NCBI GenBank assembly: GCA_963823495.1
Contig: CAWGLV010000001.1
Coordinates: 3,736,176-3,800,175 of the forward strand
Reading direction: 5' to 3'
Length of the DNA: 64,000 nt
From: an uncultured Microthrixaceae bacterium
Lineage (GTDB): Bacteria; Actinomycetota; Acidimicrobiia; Acidimicrobiales; DATDAH01
The position numbers and the translations under genes are program-made. The notes under the pieces are model-generated. The model was not told the origin of the DNA. It saw only the letters and a list, made by a program, of their open reading frames with translations, and did not search any database. This document shows, piece by piece, positions 1 to 10,878 of this stretch; the first letter of the stretch is position 1, and every line of letters starts with the position of its first letter.

Positions 1-78
1 GATGCCGGCGTGCGCCGGACGATGGCCCTGGTCGGGGCGAAGAGCGTCGAGGAGATCACCCGGGACCTCCTGGAGTAG
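1..78 (+). CDS. 3-prime end of an upstream gene, possibly an FMN-dependent alpha-hydroxy-acid dehydrogenase (partial)
   Basis: Frame 1 reads DAGVRRTMALVGAKSVEEITRDLLE followed by TAG at 76-78. This resembles the C-terminal tail of LldD/glycolate-oxidase-type enzymes, but only 25 residues are visible. Confidence 0.3.
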   Translation, partial: DAGVRRTMALVGAKSVEEITRDLLE

Positions 79-154
79 CCGGTCCGGCGGGGCGCGATGT
101 GACCAGGGCCGACGCCAAACGCGACACTGGCCCGGAACGAGGCGGGAGCGGCGG

Positions 155-1573
155 ATGCAGCGGAACTTCTGGACGGCGGCGCTCGGCGTGGTGACGGCCG
201 TGACGGTCCTGGTGGCCGCGCCGGACGCCGACGCGACCCAACCGACGGTCACCGACACCACGGCGCCCGCGGCAACGGCGCCTCCCACGACCGTCGCCGC
301 GGCGATCGACCCGCCCCCGCCCGACGTGACCCCACCCGTGGTCGGGGTGACCCGGAGCTCGGCCTACATCAGCCCCAACGGCGACGGCCGCCTCGACCGC
401 CTGACGCTGAGGGTGACCGTGGACGAGCCGGTGACCCTGTCCGTCCTCGTGCACAACCCGGTCGGCGGCGGGCGAGCCGCCCTGGCCACCGACCTGTCGA
501 CCGGCCCGGGCACCGAGACCCTGGTCTGGCGTGGCCGGCTCCGGCGCGGCAACGGCACCTGGGGGCGGGCAGGCGACGGTCGGATGCTCATCGAGGTCGA
601 GGCCACCGACGCCGCGACCAACCACACCACGGCGACCCGCTCGGTCGTGGTCGACACCCGGGCGCCGACGGTCCGCGCGAACCGGGTGACCCCCGAGCCG
701 TGGACCGGCCGCGGCCTGCTCACCCAACAGTTCTCACTGGCCGACCCCTCCCGGCCCCTCAGGGTGTGGACCCGGGTCCTCCAGGACGGCCGGGTCATCG
801 ACCAGACCCCGCCCCGCCGTCGGCCGGCCAACACCCACAGCATCGGCTGGCACCCCGACCGCCGCGGCCGGATCCTGCCCATCGGCCTCTACCAGGCCGA
901 GGTCGTCGTCCGCGACGCCGCCGGCAACATCCGACGCTCCACCCTCGTCCCGTTCCGGGTCCACCGGTCGGTCACCACCCGGATCCTGCGCCAGATCCAC
1001 GGTGCCGGTCGTCGCGTCGCGATCACCATCGACGACTGCACGGATCGCCACGCCTGGAGCTCCATGCTCCGCACGCTCGACCGCATGAACGCCGGGGCGA
1101 CGTTCTTCTGCGACAGCCGTTACGTGCGCGGCTACGCCGACCTCGCCCGACGGACGGTGGCCACCGACCGGGTGAGCATCGGTTCCCACGCCAGCGATCA
1201 CGTCGATCTGCGCACCGTCGGCTACACGGGCACGCTCTACCGCCTCCTCGGCGACGAGGCGACCTGGTGGGACGTGGCCCGCTCGACCCCGGCCCCCTGG
1301 TTCCGGCCCCCGTACGGCGGCTACAACAGCACCGTCCTGGCCGCCGCCGGGCGCGTCTCCTACGCCTACACGGTCCTCTGGGACGTGGATCCCCGTGACT
1401 GGGAGGTCGGCGACGCAGGCACGGTGATCAGCCGGGTCCTCAGCGGCGCCAAGGGCGGATCGATCATCCTCCTGCACACCAGGAGCCACTCGGCCCGAGC
1501 TCTGCCGACCATCATCGCCGGGCTGCGGGCCCGGGGCCTCCGACCCGTCGGCCTACCCGAGATGATGGGCTGA
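155..1573 (+). CDS. secreted polysaccharide deacetylase (NodB homology domain) with N-terminal FlgD-Ig-like region
   Basis: In ORF 2..1573 the ATG at 155 gives the signal-like N-terminus [27 protein letters not shown]. NodB motifs are [18 protein letters not shown] and FRPPYGGY. The N-terminal half contains [15 protein letters not shown]. Confidence 0.8.
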   Translation: MQRNFWTAALGVVTAVTVLVAAPDADATQPTVTDTTAPAATAPPTTVAAAIDPPPPDVTPPVVGVTRSSAYISPNGDGRLDRLTLRVTVDEPVTLSVLVHNPVGGGRAALATDLSTGPGTETLVWRGRLRRGNGTWGRAGDGRMLIEVEATDAATNHTTATRSVVVDTRAPTVRANRVTPEPWTGRGLLTQQFSLADPSRPLRVWTRVLQDGRVIDQTPPRRRPANTHSIGWHPDRRGRILPIGLYQAEVVVRDAAGNIRRSTLVPFRVHRSVTTRILRQIHGAGRRVAITIDDCTDRHAWSSMLRTLDRMNAGATFFCDSRYVRGYADLARRTVATDRVSIGSHASDHVDLRTVGYTGTLYRLLGDEATWWDVARSTPAPWFRPPYGGYNSTVLAAAGRVSYAYTVLWDVDPRDWEVGDAGTVISRVLSGAKGGSIILLHTRSHSARALPTIIAGLRARGLRPVGLPEMMG

Positions 1574-1585
1574 TCCCGACCGGCC

Positions 1586-2239
1586 TCAGTCCGCCGAGGC
1601 CACGCCCACAGGGCAGCTCACGCCGGTGCCACCCAGACCGCAGTAGCCGTTGGGCACCTTGGCCAGGTACTGCTGGTGGTAGTCCTCGGCGTAGTAGAAG
1701 GGCCCGGCCGGGCGGATCTCGGTGGTGATCTCACCGAACCCGGACTCGGTGAGAACCGACTGGAACCGGTCACGGGACGCGGTGGCCGCCGCCTGCTGGT
1801 CGGCATCGGCCGTGTACACCGCCGAGCGGTACTGGGTACCCCGGTCGTTGCCCTGGCGCATCCCCTGGGTCGGGTCATGACCCTCCCAGAAGACCTTCAG
1901 CACGGTGTCCAGGGTGACCAGAGCGGGGTCGAACACCACGAGCACGACCTCGGTGTGGCCGGTGAGCCCCGAGCACACCTCTTCGTAGGTGGGATTGGGG
2001 GTGGATCCGCCGGCATAGCCCACTGCGGTGGTCAACACCCCCGGCGTCTGCCAGAAGAGGCGCTCGGCTCCCCAGAAGCAGCCCATCCCCACCACGAGCT
2101 GCTCGCTGCCCTCCGGAAACGGGGGCACGATGGTCGAGCCGTCGACAAAGTGGGTCGGCGTCACCTCGAGGGGATCGGCGTGACCGGGCAGGGCCTCGGT
2201 CTCGGAGACGAGCTGGTCGTTCTTGGATCCGAAGAGCAT
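1586..2239 (-). CDS. msrA: peptide-methionine (S)-S-oxide reductase
   Basis: [13 protein letters not shown] active-site motif, GYAGG, and DYHQQYL near the C-terminus; 217 aa is a typical MsrA length. Confidence 0.95.
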   Translation of the reverse strand: MLFGSKNDQLVSETEALPGHADPLEVTPTHFVDGSTIVPPFPEGSEQLVVGMGCFWGAERLFWQTPGVLTTAVGYAGGSTPNPTYEEVCSGLTGHTEVVLVVFDPALVTLDTVLKVFWEGHDPTQGMRQGNDRGTQYRSAVYTADADQQAAATASRDRFQSVLTESGFGEITTEIRPAGPFYYAEDYHQQYLAKVPNGYCGLGGTGVSCPVGVASAD

Positions 2240-2276
2240 GACCGGTCCAACGCCGGTCGAGGCCCGAACGTTCCCC

Positions 2277-5240
2277 TCAGGCGGCGTCGGGGGGCACGGT
2301 CGTGGTCGTGGGCGAGCCGTTCGGAAGGCTCAGGTCGAGCGCCTGCTGGATCAGCGCCTGGGCCTGTTCGATGAGGTCCTGGTACTCGCCGAGGTCGCCC
2401 GCGGCCAAGGCCAGGTCGGCCCGCGTGAAGAGGTTCTCGGCCTGGGCCAGGAGGACCGCGACGTCCTGACTCGGGTCCGGGTCACCCCCGGGCGGGGTCT
2501 CATCGGGGGGCGTGTCGTCGGGTGGTGGGTCCTCGTCGCCGGGGCCCGTGGTGTCCTCGAGGGTCTCGGGGGCCTCGCCGAAGATCTCGATGAGCGCATC
2601 CCGGAGGGTGTCCCGCATCACGACCTGGTCGCCGAAGGCCACGATCACCTTGCGCAGGAGGGGCACCGCGGTCTCGCTCTCGGCCTGGGTGTAGAGGGGC
2701 CGGACGTAGAGGATCGACTGCTCCACGGGGATCAACAACAGGTTGCCCTGCACGACTTGGGAGCCCTGCTGGTCGAGCAGGGTGATCTCGCTGGCGATCC
2801 GCTCGTCGCTCTGGATGTTCGAGCTGACGATCGCGGGGCCCGCGATGTCGGCGCTCTGCATCTCGAAGACCTCGATCTCGCCGTAGTTCTCCGGGTCGCT
2901 CTTGGCCACCATGAACGCGGTGAGCTCGCGGCGTTCGGTCTCTCCCGCGTTGGGCACGAACGAGCGCAGGATCAAGAAGTCCTCCTGCTCCTCGCCCGGG
3001 AGGCGCATGAGCAGGTACTGCGGATCGATACGACGCTCGCGGACGGCCTCGACCTCTCCGGTGTCGGGGTTGGTCGTCTGGGTGACCTGGCCCGCGGTGG
3101 TGCCCGTACCGGGGTCCTGGGCCACCACCCAACCTCCCGCCTGCTCGTAGAAGTTCTGGGCACCGTCGATGTGATAGCGGCCCCAGATGTTGGTCTGGAC
3201 CCGGAAGAGGTCCTCGGGGTACCGGAGGTGGTCGCGCATCTCCATGGGCATCTCCCCGAGCGAGGAGAACAGCTCCGGGAAGGCCCGGTCGTAGGCCTCG
3301 GCGATGGGGTCCTCGTCGTCGACGATGTAGAGCTCGACGGTCCCGTCGTAGGTGTCGACCACCGCTTTGACGGAGTTGCGGGCGTAGTTGAACCCGTGGT
3401 CGAGACCGCTGCCGGTCGGGAGCTGGCTGGTGTCGGCCCGTTGGGCGTAGGGGTACTGGGACGTGGTGGTGTAGGCGTCGAGCACGTACTGGATGCGACC
3501 GTCGATGATGACCGGGTAGGGGTCGGCGTCCCAGTGCAGGAAGGGGGCGAGGGCCGCCACCCGCTCCTCGAGGTCGCGGATGTAGATGATCCGGCTCTCG
3601 TCGGTGACGAAGTTGGAGATGAGGGGCTCCAGCTCACCGAAGCGCAGCGCGAGGGCCGCCCGTCGCACGAAGGAGCTCATGGCCACGCCACCCTCGCCGT
3701 CGTAGCGGCTGGTCACGGTCTCCCCGCCGGCGGTCTGGTAGTTGATCTCGTCGCGGCTGGTACCCACGATCGAATACCCGGAGAGGTTCTCGCCCACGTA
3801 GATCCCCGCCTGGTCGATGGCGAAGGTGTCGTCGTCGCTGGACACCGGGATGTCACCGACGACGAAGTCGGGGCGTCCCTCGGAGGTCACCGCGTTCGCG
3901 GGAGCGACCGCCGCGCCGTAGCCGTGGGTGAAGGCCACCCGCTGGCCCTCCCACGACTGCTGGGGGATCCCCGAGGTGCTGAGCTCGCGGGCGGAGATCA
4001 CGACCTGGGTGGTCTCCCCGTCGATCTGATACCGGTCCACGTCCAGGTCGTTGAACCGGTAGAAGGGACGCTCGGCCTGCAGGTTCTGGTAGGTGTCGGT
4101 GACCACACCGGGGTCCAGCAGGCGGATGTTCCGGACCGTCTCCTCGTTGTCCAGCAACTGCTCACCGGTGAGGTCCTCGTTGTAGTCGAAGGGCCGGGTG
4201 GTCACCTCCGACAGCCCCATGGCGGCCCGGGTGGCCTCGATGTTGCGGGCGATGTAGGGGGCTTCCCTGGAGGACTCGGCGGGTTCGACCCGGAGGTTCT
4301 GGATCACCGACGGGTAGATGCCCCCGACCACCACGGCCACGAATCCCCAGAGGCCGACGGCCAGGACCGGCAGGACCCAGCCCCGGCGCCAGATGTTCAC
4401 GATCAGCAGGACGACCGACAGGCCGGCGATCATCAGCAGCAGGTAGGTGGCCGGTAGCTGCGCCTTCACGTCGGTGTAGAGCGCGCCGTCGACGGTGCCC
4501 CGGGTGGAGAGGGTCAGCTCGTAGCGCTGCAGCCAGTAGTCCACGATCTTGACCAGCGCCAGCAGAGCCAGCAGCACCGAGAGGTGCGCCTTCACCTGGG
4601 GGGTCACGTGGGGTCCGGGGTTCTGCACGCGGATGCCGCCGTTGAGGTAGTGGGCGACGGCGGTGACGATGAGGATGATGGCCAGTGCGGCGAAGAGCCA
4701 GGACACCACGAACGACAGGAACGGGAGTTGGAAGACGTAGAAGCCGATGTCGGTGTGGAACTGCGGGTCGTCGACGCCGAAGTCGACCCGGTTGGTGAAG
4801 AGCAGCCACGAGTTCCACTGGCCGGAGACGCCCGCGCCCGCGATCAGGGCGAACAGGAGGCAGACCCCGGCCCGGATCCAGCCCGTGCGCTCGTCCACGA
4901 CCTCGTGGTAGCGCCGTAGCAGCTCCTCCTCGGGGCCCATGGGCCGGAAACGGGGGGCGAGGCGGTCGGCGATGACCAGGTTGGCCCAACAGAGGGCGAA
5001 GAAGACCCCGATGAAGATCACCGCGAGGCTGACCTTGGCCCCCAGGATCGTGCGGAACGTATCCTCCTTGCCGAGGGACTCGAACCAGAGGTAGTCCGTG
5101 TAGAAGCCGGCGATGCCCCGCAAGGACGTGATGAGCACGAACAGGCCGACGGCGGCGAGGACGAGGACGACGCGGCCCCGGGACGACAGACGTCGCTTCC
5201 GTGGCCGGCGAGGTGGAGGCATGTCCGAGGGGGCCCGCAT
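2277..5240 (-). CDS. UPF0182 family large membrane protein
   Basis: 987 aa. It has an Arg-rich N-terminus, then multiple TM helices, and [12 protein letters not shown], which is typical of actinobacterial UPF0182 proteins. The C-terminal tail is Pro/Asp-rich. Confidence 0.85.
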   Translation of the reverse strand: MRAPSDMPPPRRPRKRRLSSRGRVVLVLAAVGLFVLITSLRGIAGFYTDYLWFESLGKEDTFRTILGAKVSLAVIFIGVFFALCWANLVIADRLAPRFRPMGPEEELLRRYHEVVDERTGWIRAGVCLLFALIAGAGVSGQWNSWLLFTNRVDFGVDDPQFHTDIGFYVFQLPFLSFVVSWLFAALAIILIVTAVAHYLNGGIRVQNPGPHVTPQVKAHLSVLLALLALVKIVDYWLQRYELTLSTRGTVDGALYTDVKAQLPATYLLLMIAGLSVVLLIVNIWRRGWVLPVLAVGLWGFVAVVVGGIYPSVIQNLRVEPAESSREAPYIARNIEATRAAMGLSEVTTRPFDYNEDLTGEQLLDNEETVRNIRLLDPGVVTDTYQNLQAERPFYRFNDLDVDRYQIDGETTQVVISARELSTSGIPQQSWEGQRVAFTHGYGAAVAPANAVTSEGRPDFVVGDIPVSSDDDTFAIDQAGIYVGENLSGYSIVGTSRDEINYQTAGGETVTSRYDGEGGVAMSSFVRRAALALRFGELEPLISNFVTDESRIIYIRDLEERVAALAPFLHWDADPYPVIIDGRIQYVLDAYTTTSQYPYAQRADTSQLPTGSGLDHGFNYARNSVKAVVDTYDGTVELYIVDDEDPIAEAYDRAFPELFSSLGEMPMEMRDHLRYPEDLFRVQTNIWGRYHIDGAQNFYEQAGGWVVAQDPGTGTTAGQVTQTTNPDTGEVEAVRERRIDPQYLLMRLPGEEQEDFLILRSFVPNAGETERRELTAFMVAKSDPENYGEIEVFEMQSADIAGPAIVSSNIQSDERIASEITLLDQQGSQVVQGNLLLIPVEQSILYVRPLYTQAESETAVPLLRKVIVAFGDQVVMRDTLRDALIEIFGEAPETLEDTTGPGDEDPPPDDTPPDETPPGGDPDPSQDVAVLLAQAENLFTRADLALAAGDLGEYQDLIEQAQALIQQALDLSLPNGSPTTTTVPPDAA

Positions 5241-5260
5241 GGGAGGCGCAGCCTAGTGAG

Positions 5261-6775
5261 CTAACGGCCCAGGACTTCGGCGGCCACCTCCGAGGCCATC
5301 GGCAGGATGCGGTCGGTGCGCCAGCCGCGGAACGCCTCCCGCACCGGACGGGCACGATCGACCTCACCGCTCACCGGTGCTCCGGGTGCCGGCTTCCGCT
5401 CGATGTCGGCCCGCACGCCGTCGGTCACCGCACCGGCCAGCCTCGCCGCGAGGTCGGCCACGTCGCTCTCGGTGCCGGCGCCTGAGTCCTGTGCCGCCTC
5501 CCTCAGGCAGGGGTCGATCGCCGTGGCCAGGCGGACCACCCAGGCGTCGGCGTCGCCGAGGAGGTCCACCATGGTGCTCTGGGCCTTGCGGTCCTGGCGC
5601 AGCCGGTCCAGGACCTGGTTCTGCTCGTCGGCCAGCGCCCGCCGGAGCCGGCGGGCCAGGTCGTCGGCCAGGGCTTCGGTCGGGTCGGGGGACTCCTCAC
5701 CGCCCGGGGCGGCTTCTATGGCCTCGATGACATCGACGGGTGCCTCGGGCTCCCCCGCCCGGAGGCGATCGAACAGCGGCAGGGTCAGCGCCTCGTCCGC
5801 CGTGGCCGCCGGCTGCGGGACCGCGGCAGCCTCCGGCTCCGATGTGGGCTCCGGCTCCGGTGTGGGCTCCGGCTCGGGCTCCGGCTCGGGCTCGGGCTCC
5901 GGTGTGGGCTCCGGCTCCGGCTCGGGCTCCGGCTCGGGCTCCGGCTCGGGCTCCTCGGCGGCGACGGATTCGGGCCGCGCCGTGGAGGCCGCCTCGTCGC
6001 CCTCCGGTCCGAGCAGCCGCATCTCCTCGAAGGCGGCCAGGGTCGGCTCGACCTCGACCAGGAGCGGCAGATCGTCCCCACCGTCGACCTCTTCGGCGCC
6101 GCCGCCCGACCCAACCGAGCGCTCGGCGGCCGTGGGCGGATCCAGGATGGGCAGGCCCGCCACCCGGGCGGCGTCGATCTCGGCCTCGATGGCGTGCAAT
6201 TCCTCGGGGGTCACCTCCTCGACGTCGGGCCCCAGCCGGCGACCCGCCCGCTCCGCCGCCGCCTGGGCCGCGGGCAGGGCCACCCCCAGCTCGGCCGTCG
6301 CCTCCTCCACGGTGACGCCGACGACCTCGTAGGCCTCCAGGAGGCGCTCACGGCCGACCCGGAGCTGCTCGATCTGGCGACGCAGCACCTTGCGGCGGCG
6401 GACGAGGTCCTCGAGGATCCGTCGCCGCACGGTCTGGGCCTCGTTCACCATCCGACGGCCACGACGCCTGGCCTCCTCGAGCTCGGCCGTCGCGTCGGCC
6501 CGGGCCTCGGCCAGCTCGGCCTCCAGCGCGACGACGACGGTCCGCAACTCGCCTTCGCGTTCCTGGGACTGCCGAAGGGCGCCGACCGCATCGGCCAGCA
6601 GGTCCTGCACGGCCTCGGGATCCAGGCCCCGGAAGCTGTGGGGCAGCTCGATGTCGAGGTAACGGTCGGCGTCCGGCACCTCGGGATCGGTCACCCGGCT
6701 GATCGTAGAGGCGACGCACGCTGTCGGCCGGGTCGATGCGGGCCGCCGGGTCCCGGCCCACGGCCCCGTTCGCAC
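5261..6775 (-). CDS. DivIVA-domain coiled-coil protein with internal (PE)n low-complexity linker
   Basis: DivIVA-like N-terminus [25 protein letters not shown] followed by a long Ala/Glu/Arg coiled coil. The start is uncertain (GTG at 6775 or GTG at 6694). Confidence 0.7.
   Translation of the reverse strand: MRTGPWAGTRRPASTRPTACVASTISRVTDPEVPDADRYLDIELPHSFRGLDPEAVQDLLADAVGALRQSQEREGELRTVVVALEAELAEARADATAELEEARRRGRRMVNEAQTVRRRILEDLVRRRKVLRRQIEQLRVGRERLLEAYEVVGVTVEEATAELGVALPAAQAAAERAGRRLGPDVEEVTPEELHAIEAEIDAARVAGLPILDPPTAAERSVGSGGGAEEVDGGDDLPLLVEVEPTLAAFEEMRLLGPEGDEAASTARPESVAAEEPEPEPEPEPEPEPEPTPEPEPEPEPEPEPTPEPEPTSEPEAAAVPQPAATADEALTLPLFDRLRAGEPEAPVDVIEAIEAAPGGEESPDPTEALADDLARRLRRALADEQNQVLDRLRQDRKAQSTMVDLLGDADAWVVRLATAIDPCLREAAQDSGAGTESDVADLAARLAGAVTDGVRADIERKPAPGAPVSGEVDRARPVREAFRGWRTDRILPMASEVAAEVLGR
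5831..5955. repeat. in-frame hexanucleotide tandem repeat (ggctcc/ggctcg units) encoding EPEPEP...TPEPEP
   Basis: Direct reading shows about 20 consecutive 6-nt units with three interspersed gtgtgg/gatgtg punctuations. On the minus strand it translates to [41 protein letters not shown]. Confidence 0.9.
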
Positions 6776-6819
6776 CCTCTCCGCCCGCTCGAAGCGGGCA
6801 GGAGCAGCGGAACCGGCGG

Positions 6820-8025
6820 TCAGGCCGGCGCAGGAACCGCGAGGCCCGTGGCGTCGGCGCCGAGCTCGTCGAGGGCCTCCAGGGCGTCCTGGAGCGTGGC
6901 GACCGGCACGATCCGCAGGTCGTCGCCGACCCGGCGGGCCGCCTGTTCCTCCTCGCCCGCCGGGACCAGGAAGAGCTCGGCGCCGGCACGTTCCGCGACC
7001 AACGCCTTGAAGTCCACACCGCCGACCGGACCCACCCGGCCCAGGCCGTCGATCGTGCCCGTGACCGCGACGTCGACGCCGTTGGTGATGTCGCCCGGGG
7101 TCAGGACGTCGAGCACGGCCAGGGTGAAGGCCAGGCCGGCCGACGGGCCTCGGACCGTTCCCGGATCGATGACCACGTCGAACGGGTAGTCCAACTCGAG
7201 GTCCCGCGTGCGCAGGCCCGCCACCCCGAGGAACGGCTCGGTCGGGGCGTCGGGGAAGGGTCCCAGCTCGACGGTCACCTGGCGACGGGGACCGTCCTCG
7301 GGCTCCACCACCAGCGCCAGATCATCGCCGGGATCCCGGGCGTCGATCTCGGTGACCAGGTCCTCGACCCGATCGACCGCCCGCCCCGCGGCCCGGACCA
7401 CGGTGTCACCGGGCTCGACGAGCCCGTCGGCGGGCGCATCGGGCACGACGTCGGCGACCGTCGCCCCGGTGCCGGAGACCACGTCGTGACCCAGGTGCTC
7501 GAGGGCGACCACGATCGCGGACTCCTCGGAGGCATCCATCAACTGCTGGTTCAGACGCTGGTTCTCCTCGGGAGACTGGCCACCGTCGACCTGCTCGGCC
7601 GGGACCAGCTCGATGTCGGGGGAGAGCTTGGCCTCCAGCCACTCGAAACCGTTGACCGGACGCAGGCTGAGGCTCACCGTCGTGAAGAGCAACTCGTCGC
7701 CGGCAGGGAAGGTCTCCGCGCCCTCGACGGTGATGGTCGGTTCGGTGGCCCGAGCGCTGCCCGGGGACAACGCGTAGTACGGCAGTTCCACGATGAGGGC
7801 GAACAGGGAGGCTGCGGCGACGAGCACGCCGACGATCCCGAGCACCCACGGCCACCGGGCGCGTCGCTTCGACCCCACAGGCGGGGGCGGCCACGGATGA
7901 TCCGGCGGGTCGACGGGTAGGGTCGCCGATGTCGTGTCCACGGTGGTGCTGACCCTCGTGGTGGTAGGGGGCTCGATCGCTGTCGCGGCACGGCTCGCCG
8001 CCAGCGGGGAGCGCAAGCCTGCCAC
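6820..8025 (-). CDS. PDZ domain plus Lon-like (S16) protease domain membrane protein (YlbL/SdrC-like)
   Basis: N-terminal TM segment [22 protein letters not shown], a central PDZ-like segment, and the C-terminal Lon proteolytic motif [14 protein letters not shown]...VAVTGTI. Confidence 0.8.
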   Translation of the reverse strand: MAGLRSPLAASRAATAIEPPTTTRVSTTVDTTSATLPVDPPDHPWPPPPVGSKRRARWPWVLGIVGVLVAAASLFALIVELPYYALSPGSARATEPTITVEGAETFPAGDELLFTTVSLSLRPVNGFEWLEAKLSPDIELVPAEQVDGGQSPEENQRLNQQLMDASEESAIVVALEHLGHDVVSGTGATVADVVPDAPADGLVEPGDTVVRAAGRAVDRVEDLVTEIDARDPGDDLALVVEPEDGPRRQVTVELGPFPDAPTEPFLGVAGLRTRDLELDYPFDVVIDPGTVRGPSAGLAFTLAVLDVLTPGDITNGVDVAVTGTIDGLGRVGPVGGVDFKALVAERAGAELFLVPAGEEEQAARRVGDDLRIVPVATLQDALEALDELGADATGLAVPAPA

Positions 8026-8098
8026 GGAACCGTCCGGGTCCCACCGCGCCCCCCGGAGCAGGCGGCGTCGGGTCGCGCCGCCCGGCGGTCTCGTCGAG

Positions 8099-8254
8099 GT
8101 GGATCAGGTCCCGGCCCGACCGGGTCTCCTCGGTCGTCTACGCGCCGGGATCGCGCTGGTGGCGATCGTGGCGGTGATCGGTGCAGGCACCGCCCTCGGA
8201 CTACTGGCCGGGGTGACCGTGCTCAGCCAGGCCCTGGAGGCCGCCGTCCAGTGA
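8099..8254 (+). CDS. possible small membrane protein (weak)
   Basis: GTG at 8099, in frame with ORF 7934..8254 and avoiding overlap with the PDZ gene. It has one TM-like stretch, AGIALVAIVAVIGAGTALGLLAGVTVL, and GC-rich third positions. No recognisable homology. Confidence 0.2.
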   Translation: MDQVPARPGLLGRLRAGIALVAIVAVIGAGTALGLLAGVTVLSQALEAAVQ

Positions 8255-8268
8255 CACCCCGGTGGGGA

Positions 8269-8817
8269 CTACCTCCCGAACAGGCCCCGGCGGGCACCAC
8301 CGACACCGGCATCGACCTCGTCGCTGTCGACCGGCTCGGGGGCGTCGAAGGCCACCTCGCCCGTCGGGGCCGGCAGCGCGTCGATGACCGACGGGTCCGC
8401 CAGCGACGGCGGGGCCACGAAGGAGGGCACCGGCTCAGCCTCCGCACCGAGGTCCGCACCGGGCTCGGCCGGCTCCTCGAGGGGTTCGGGCTCGGTCCAG
8501 GCCTGGGCGTCGAACGCCGGGGCTTCGAACCCGGCCACCGGGGCCGGGGCGTCGAACCCGGCGCCGGGGTCGGCCGAGAACCCGTGGTCACGGCCCGCGA
8601 ACGGCGGCGCGACCGGCGTGTCGGCCGGCACCCCACCGGGGCCGATCTCGACCTTGAAGTAGGGACGGAAGTCGAAGTTGACCTCCTCCATCTTGAAGAT
8701 GCGGGCTCCGTCGACGCCGTCGCCGTTGCGAAGCCGCTCCACGAACCGGACCGCCTCGTCGAGCTCGTCAGCCTGGTGATACCCGGGCTGGCCATCCGCC
8801 GTGCGGTAGATCACCAT
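8269..8817 (-). CDS. hypothetical protein: small folded N-domain plus Pro/Ala/Asp/Phe-rich tail
   Basis: ATG at 8817 is preceded by the strong SD GAGAAGGAGAAGG. The N-terminus is MVIYRTADGQPGYHQADELDEAVRFVERLRNG. The upstream part of the 319-aa track ORF is Arg/Pro shadow sequence. Confidence 0.55.
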   Translation of the reverse strand: MVIYRTADGQPGYHQADELDEAVRFVERLRNGDGVDGARIFKMEEVNFDFRPYFKVEIGPGGVPADTPVAPPFAGRDHGFSADPGAGFDAPAPVAGFEAPAFDAQAWTEPEPLEEPAEPGADLGAEAEPVPSFVAPPSLADPSVIDALPAPTGEVAFDAPEPVDSDEVDAGVGGARRGLFGR

Positions 8818-8921
8818 GTGTGACAAGGCCTTCTCCTTCTCGTGTGCCTGCACCGATCCGTCGGCCGGGAGCCGACGGACTTGAGCCGGTGAGGCCGGAA
8901 CTCGCGCCCGAACAGGTCGCC

Positions 8922-9479
8922 ATGGCCGGTCATCAGGGCGACGAGGCCACCGTTCGCTCCGGCCTGGCGGCGCCGGACCCCCGGACCCGCGAGGTCGCGC
9001 TGGGCGCGCTGGCCCGACTCGGGGACCTGGGGACCGCCGACCTCCGCGCCGGGCTCGGCGATCCCGTCGCCGCGGTCCGGCGCCGGGCCGCCGAGGAAGC
9101 CGGGCGGGCCTCCGGGGTGGCGGTCGACCTGCTCCCGCTCCTGACCGACCCGGACCCCGGCGTCGTGGAGGCCGCGGCCTGGGCCTGTGGGGAGCGCGAT
9201 CCGGTGCCTCCGGGAACGGTGACCGCACTCAGCACCGTCGCCGTCGACCACGCCGATCCCCTGTGCCGTGAGGCCGCCGTCGCCGCGCTCGGCGCGATCG
9301 GCGACGACGCCGGCCTGGCGGCGATCCTCGCCGCGACCAGCGACAAGCCCGCCGTGCGACGCCGCGCCGTCATCGCCCTGGCCCCCTTCGGGGGCCCGGA
9401 CGTCGACACGGCCCTCCAGCGCGCGCTGGAGGACCGCGATCGACAGGTCCGGCAGGCCGCCGAGGACCTGCTGGGCTGA
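8922..9479 (+). CDS. HEAT-repeat protein
   Basis: Repeated HEAT/PBS-lyase-like units (DPDPGVVEAAAWACGE, DPLCREAAVAALGAIGD, DKPAVRRRAVIALAP, DRDRQVRQAAEDLL). ATG at 8922 was chosen; an earlier alternative start is possible. Confidence 0.6.
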   Translation: MAGHQGDEATVRSGLAAPDPRTREVALGALARLGDLGTADLRAGLGDPVAAVRRRAAEEAGRASGVAVDLLPLLTDPDPGVVEAAAWACGERDPVPPGTVTALSTVAVDHADPLCREAAVAALGAIGDDAGLAAILAATSDKPAVRRRAVIALAPFGGPDVDTALQRALEDRDRQVRQAAEDLLG

Positions 9480-9504
9480 GCCCGGCCGGTCCTCGGGGAC
9501 CGGG

Positions 9505-10857
9505 CTAGGGCGTCAGCAGGCTGTCGGGGGTGACATCGGCGGTCGCGCCCTCGAAGTCCTCGGGCTCACCGAGGAACTCGTAGTACCCGAGGTCCTCGCT
9601 GTACTGCATGAGCTGGAGGACCTCGATCGGGAACTTGTCCTCGAGGCTGGTGTTCAGCGCCATCCCGGGGATGATCAGCCCGGGCTCGAGGTTCTCCATG
9701 CTGAGGGCCTGCTCCATCACCGCGGGCCGCGTGAGCTCCGGGGCGGCGCTCAGCGTGTCGACCAGGAGGGCGCCCATCGTCCAGCCATAGGCCACGATCG
9801 TGTTCTCCAGGTCGATGTCGGGGCCGCCGTACTCGGCGCCCTTCTCGAGGAAGAGCGCCATGGCCTCGTTGTCGCTCCACTGCGGATCCCGGGGATCCAT
9901 CAACGAGGTGATGCTGATGATGCCCTCGGCGGCACCGGGCTCGGCCAGGCCGACCAGCGTCGGCGAGGTGCAGGTCGAGGAGATGAAGATGGTGGGATCC
10001 CAGTTGGTGCCGTTGACGGCGTTCAGCGCGTTGGGGCACGCCAGCGCCGTGGTCCCCAGGACCACCGCATCGGCATCAGTGGCCGCCAGGCTCGTGACCT
10101 GCGAGGTGGTGTCGGGGTTGGACACCTCGTAGGTCTCCTCGGCGACGACCTCGATGTCACTGCCCTCGATGGCCTGCTTGAACGTGTCGACGTAGGACTG
10201 GCCGAAGTCGTCGTTCTGGGTCAGCAGCGCGACCTGGGCCTCCGGGTCGTTCTCCTTGAGGTAGTCGGCGTAGAGCACGCCCTCCAGGGAGTACGAGGGG
10301 AACGAGCCGATGGTCCACGGATGCTCGGGGTCACCCCAGAAAGGCGAGCCCGTGCCCGCGAAGAGGTTCGGCACGCAGTCCTCGTCCAGGCTGTCCCAGA
10401 TGGCCAGGTTGTTGGCCGTGCCGATGACGTTGAAGAGGCCGAAGACCCCCTCCTCCTGCACCAGGCGTTGGGCGTTGGTCGCCGTGCGGCCCGCCTCGTA
10501 GCCGTCGTCGAGGGTGATCAGTTCGATCTGGCGCCCGTCGATGCCGCCCAGCTCCTCGTTCACGTAGTCGAAGTACGCCTGGTACCCGGTCGAGATCTGG
10601 GCGAAAGCGGCGAAGGTCCCCGACTGCGGGAAGCTCGACCCGATCTTGATGGTGTCCTCGGTGACACCCTGGCTGAAGTCACCGTCGCACTCGTCGACGT
10701 GGAGGTACTCAGCCGCCTCGTCGCTGGTGTCCTCGGTGGCCGCCGCGTTGTCCTCGTTGCTACTCGAGTCCTCGCGCCCACCGCCGCACGCGGCGGCGAT
10801 CAAGGCCAGGACCCCCAGCAGCGCTACGAGCGCGCGTGAACGGTTGGATCGGATCAT
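9505..10857 (-). CDS. ABC transporter substrate-binding lipoprotein, branched-chain amino acid (Leu/Ile/Val-binding) family
   Basis: Lipobox LIAAACGG, a 450-aa type I periplasmic binding fold, and position last in the liv-type operon. Confidence 0.8.
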   Translation of the reverse strand: MIRSNRSRALVALLGVLALIAAACGGGREDSSSNEDNAAATEDTSDEAAEYLHVDECDGDFSQGVTEDTIKIGSSFPQSGTFAAFAQISTGYQAYFDYVNEELGGIDGRQIELITLDDGYEAGRTATNAQRLVQEEGVFGLFNVIGTANNLAIWDSLDEDCVPNLFAGTGSPFWGDPEHPWTIGSFPSYSLEGVLYADYLKENDPEAQVALLTQNDDFGQSYVDTFKQAIEGSDIEVVAEETYEVSNPDTTSQVTSLAATDADAVVLGTTALACPNALNAVNGTNWDPTIFISSTCTSPTLVGLAEPGAAEGIISITSLMDPRDPQWSDNEAMALFLEKGAEYGGPDIDLENTIVAYGWTMGALLVDTLSAAPELTRPAVMEQALSMENLEPGLIIPGMALNTSLEDKFPIEVLQLMQYSEDLGYYEFLGEPEDFEGATADVTPDSLLTP

Positions 10858-10878
10858 CGTGTTTGCTCCCCTCAGAGC

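Noticed and set aside
2223-4457. 744-aa ORF on the plus strand, antisense to the UPF0182 gene. The same phenomenon occurs at 34504-36726 (antisense to ppk1), 40430-42406 (antisense to the VWA gene), 45990-47717 (antisense to sdhA) and 31351-32388 (antisense to arsI/acr3).
   Set aside because: These are typical high-GC shadow ORFs. They mirror well-supported genes on the other strand, have Gly/Arg/Asp/Val/Pro-dominated composition, and show no recognisable motifs.
5831-5955. Regularly spaced short repeats, briefly considered as a CRISPR-like array. The same applies to the (cggt)4 repeat at 54261-54278 and the (gaccgcc)3 repeat at 31274-31297.
   Set aside because: The units are 4-7 nt with no spacers. 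The first lies in frame inside a coding sequence, and there are no cas genes in the window.
7934-8098. The 5-prime part of the 106-aa plus-strand ORF overlapping the start of the PDZ/Lon-like gene.
   Set aside because: It overlaps the opposite-strand gene by about 90 nt and is Arg/Pro-rich. Only the distal TM-containing third (8099-8254) is retained, at low confidence.
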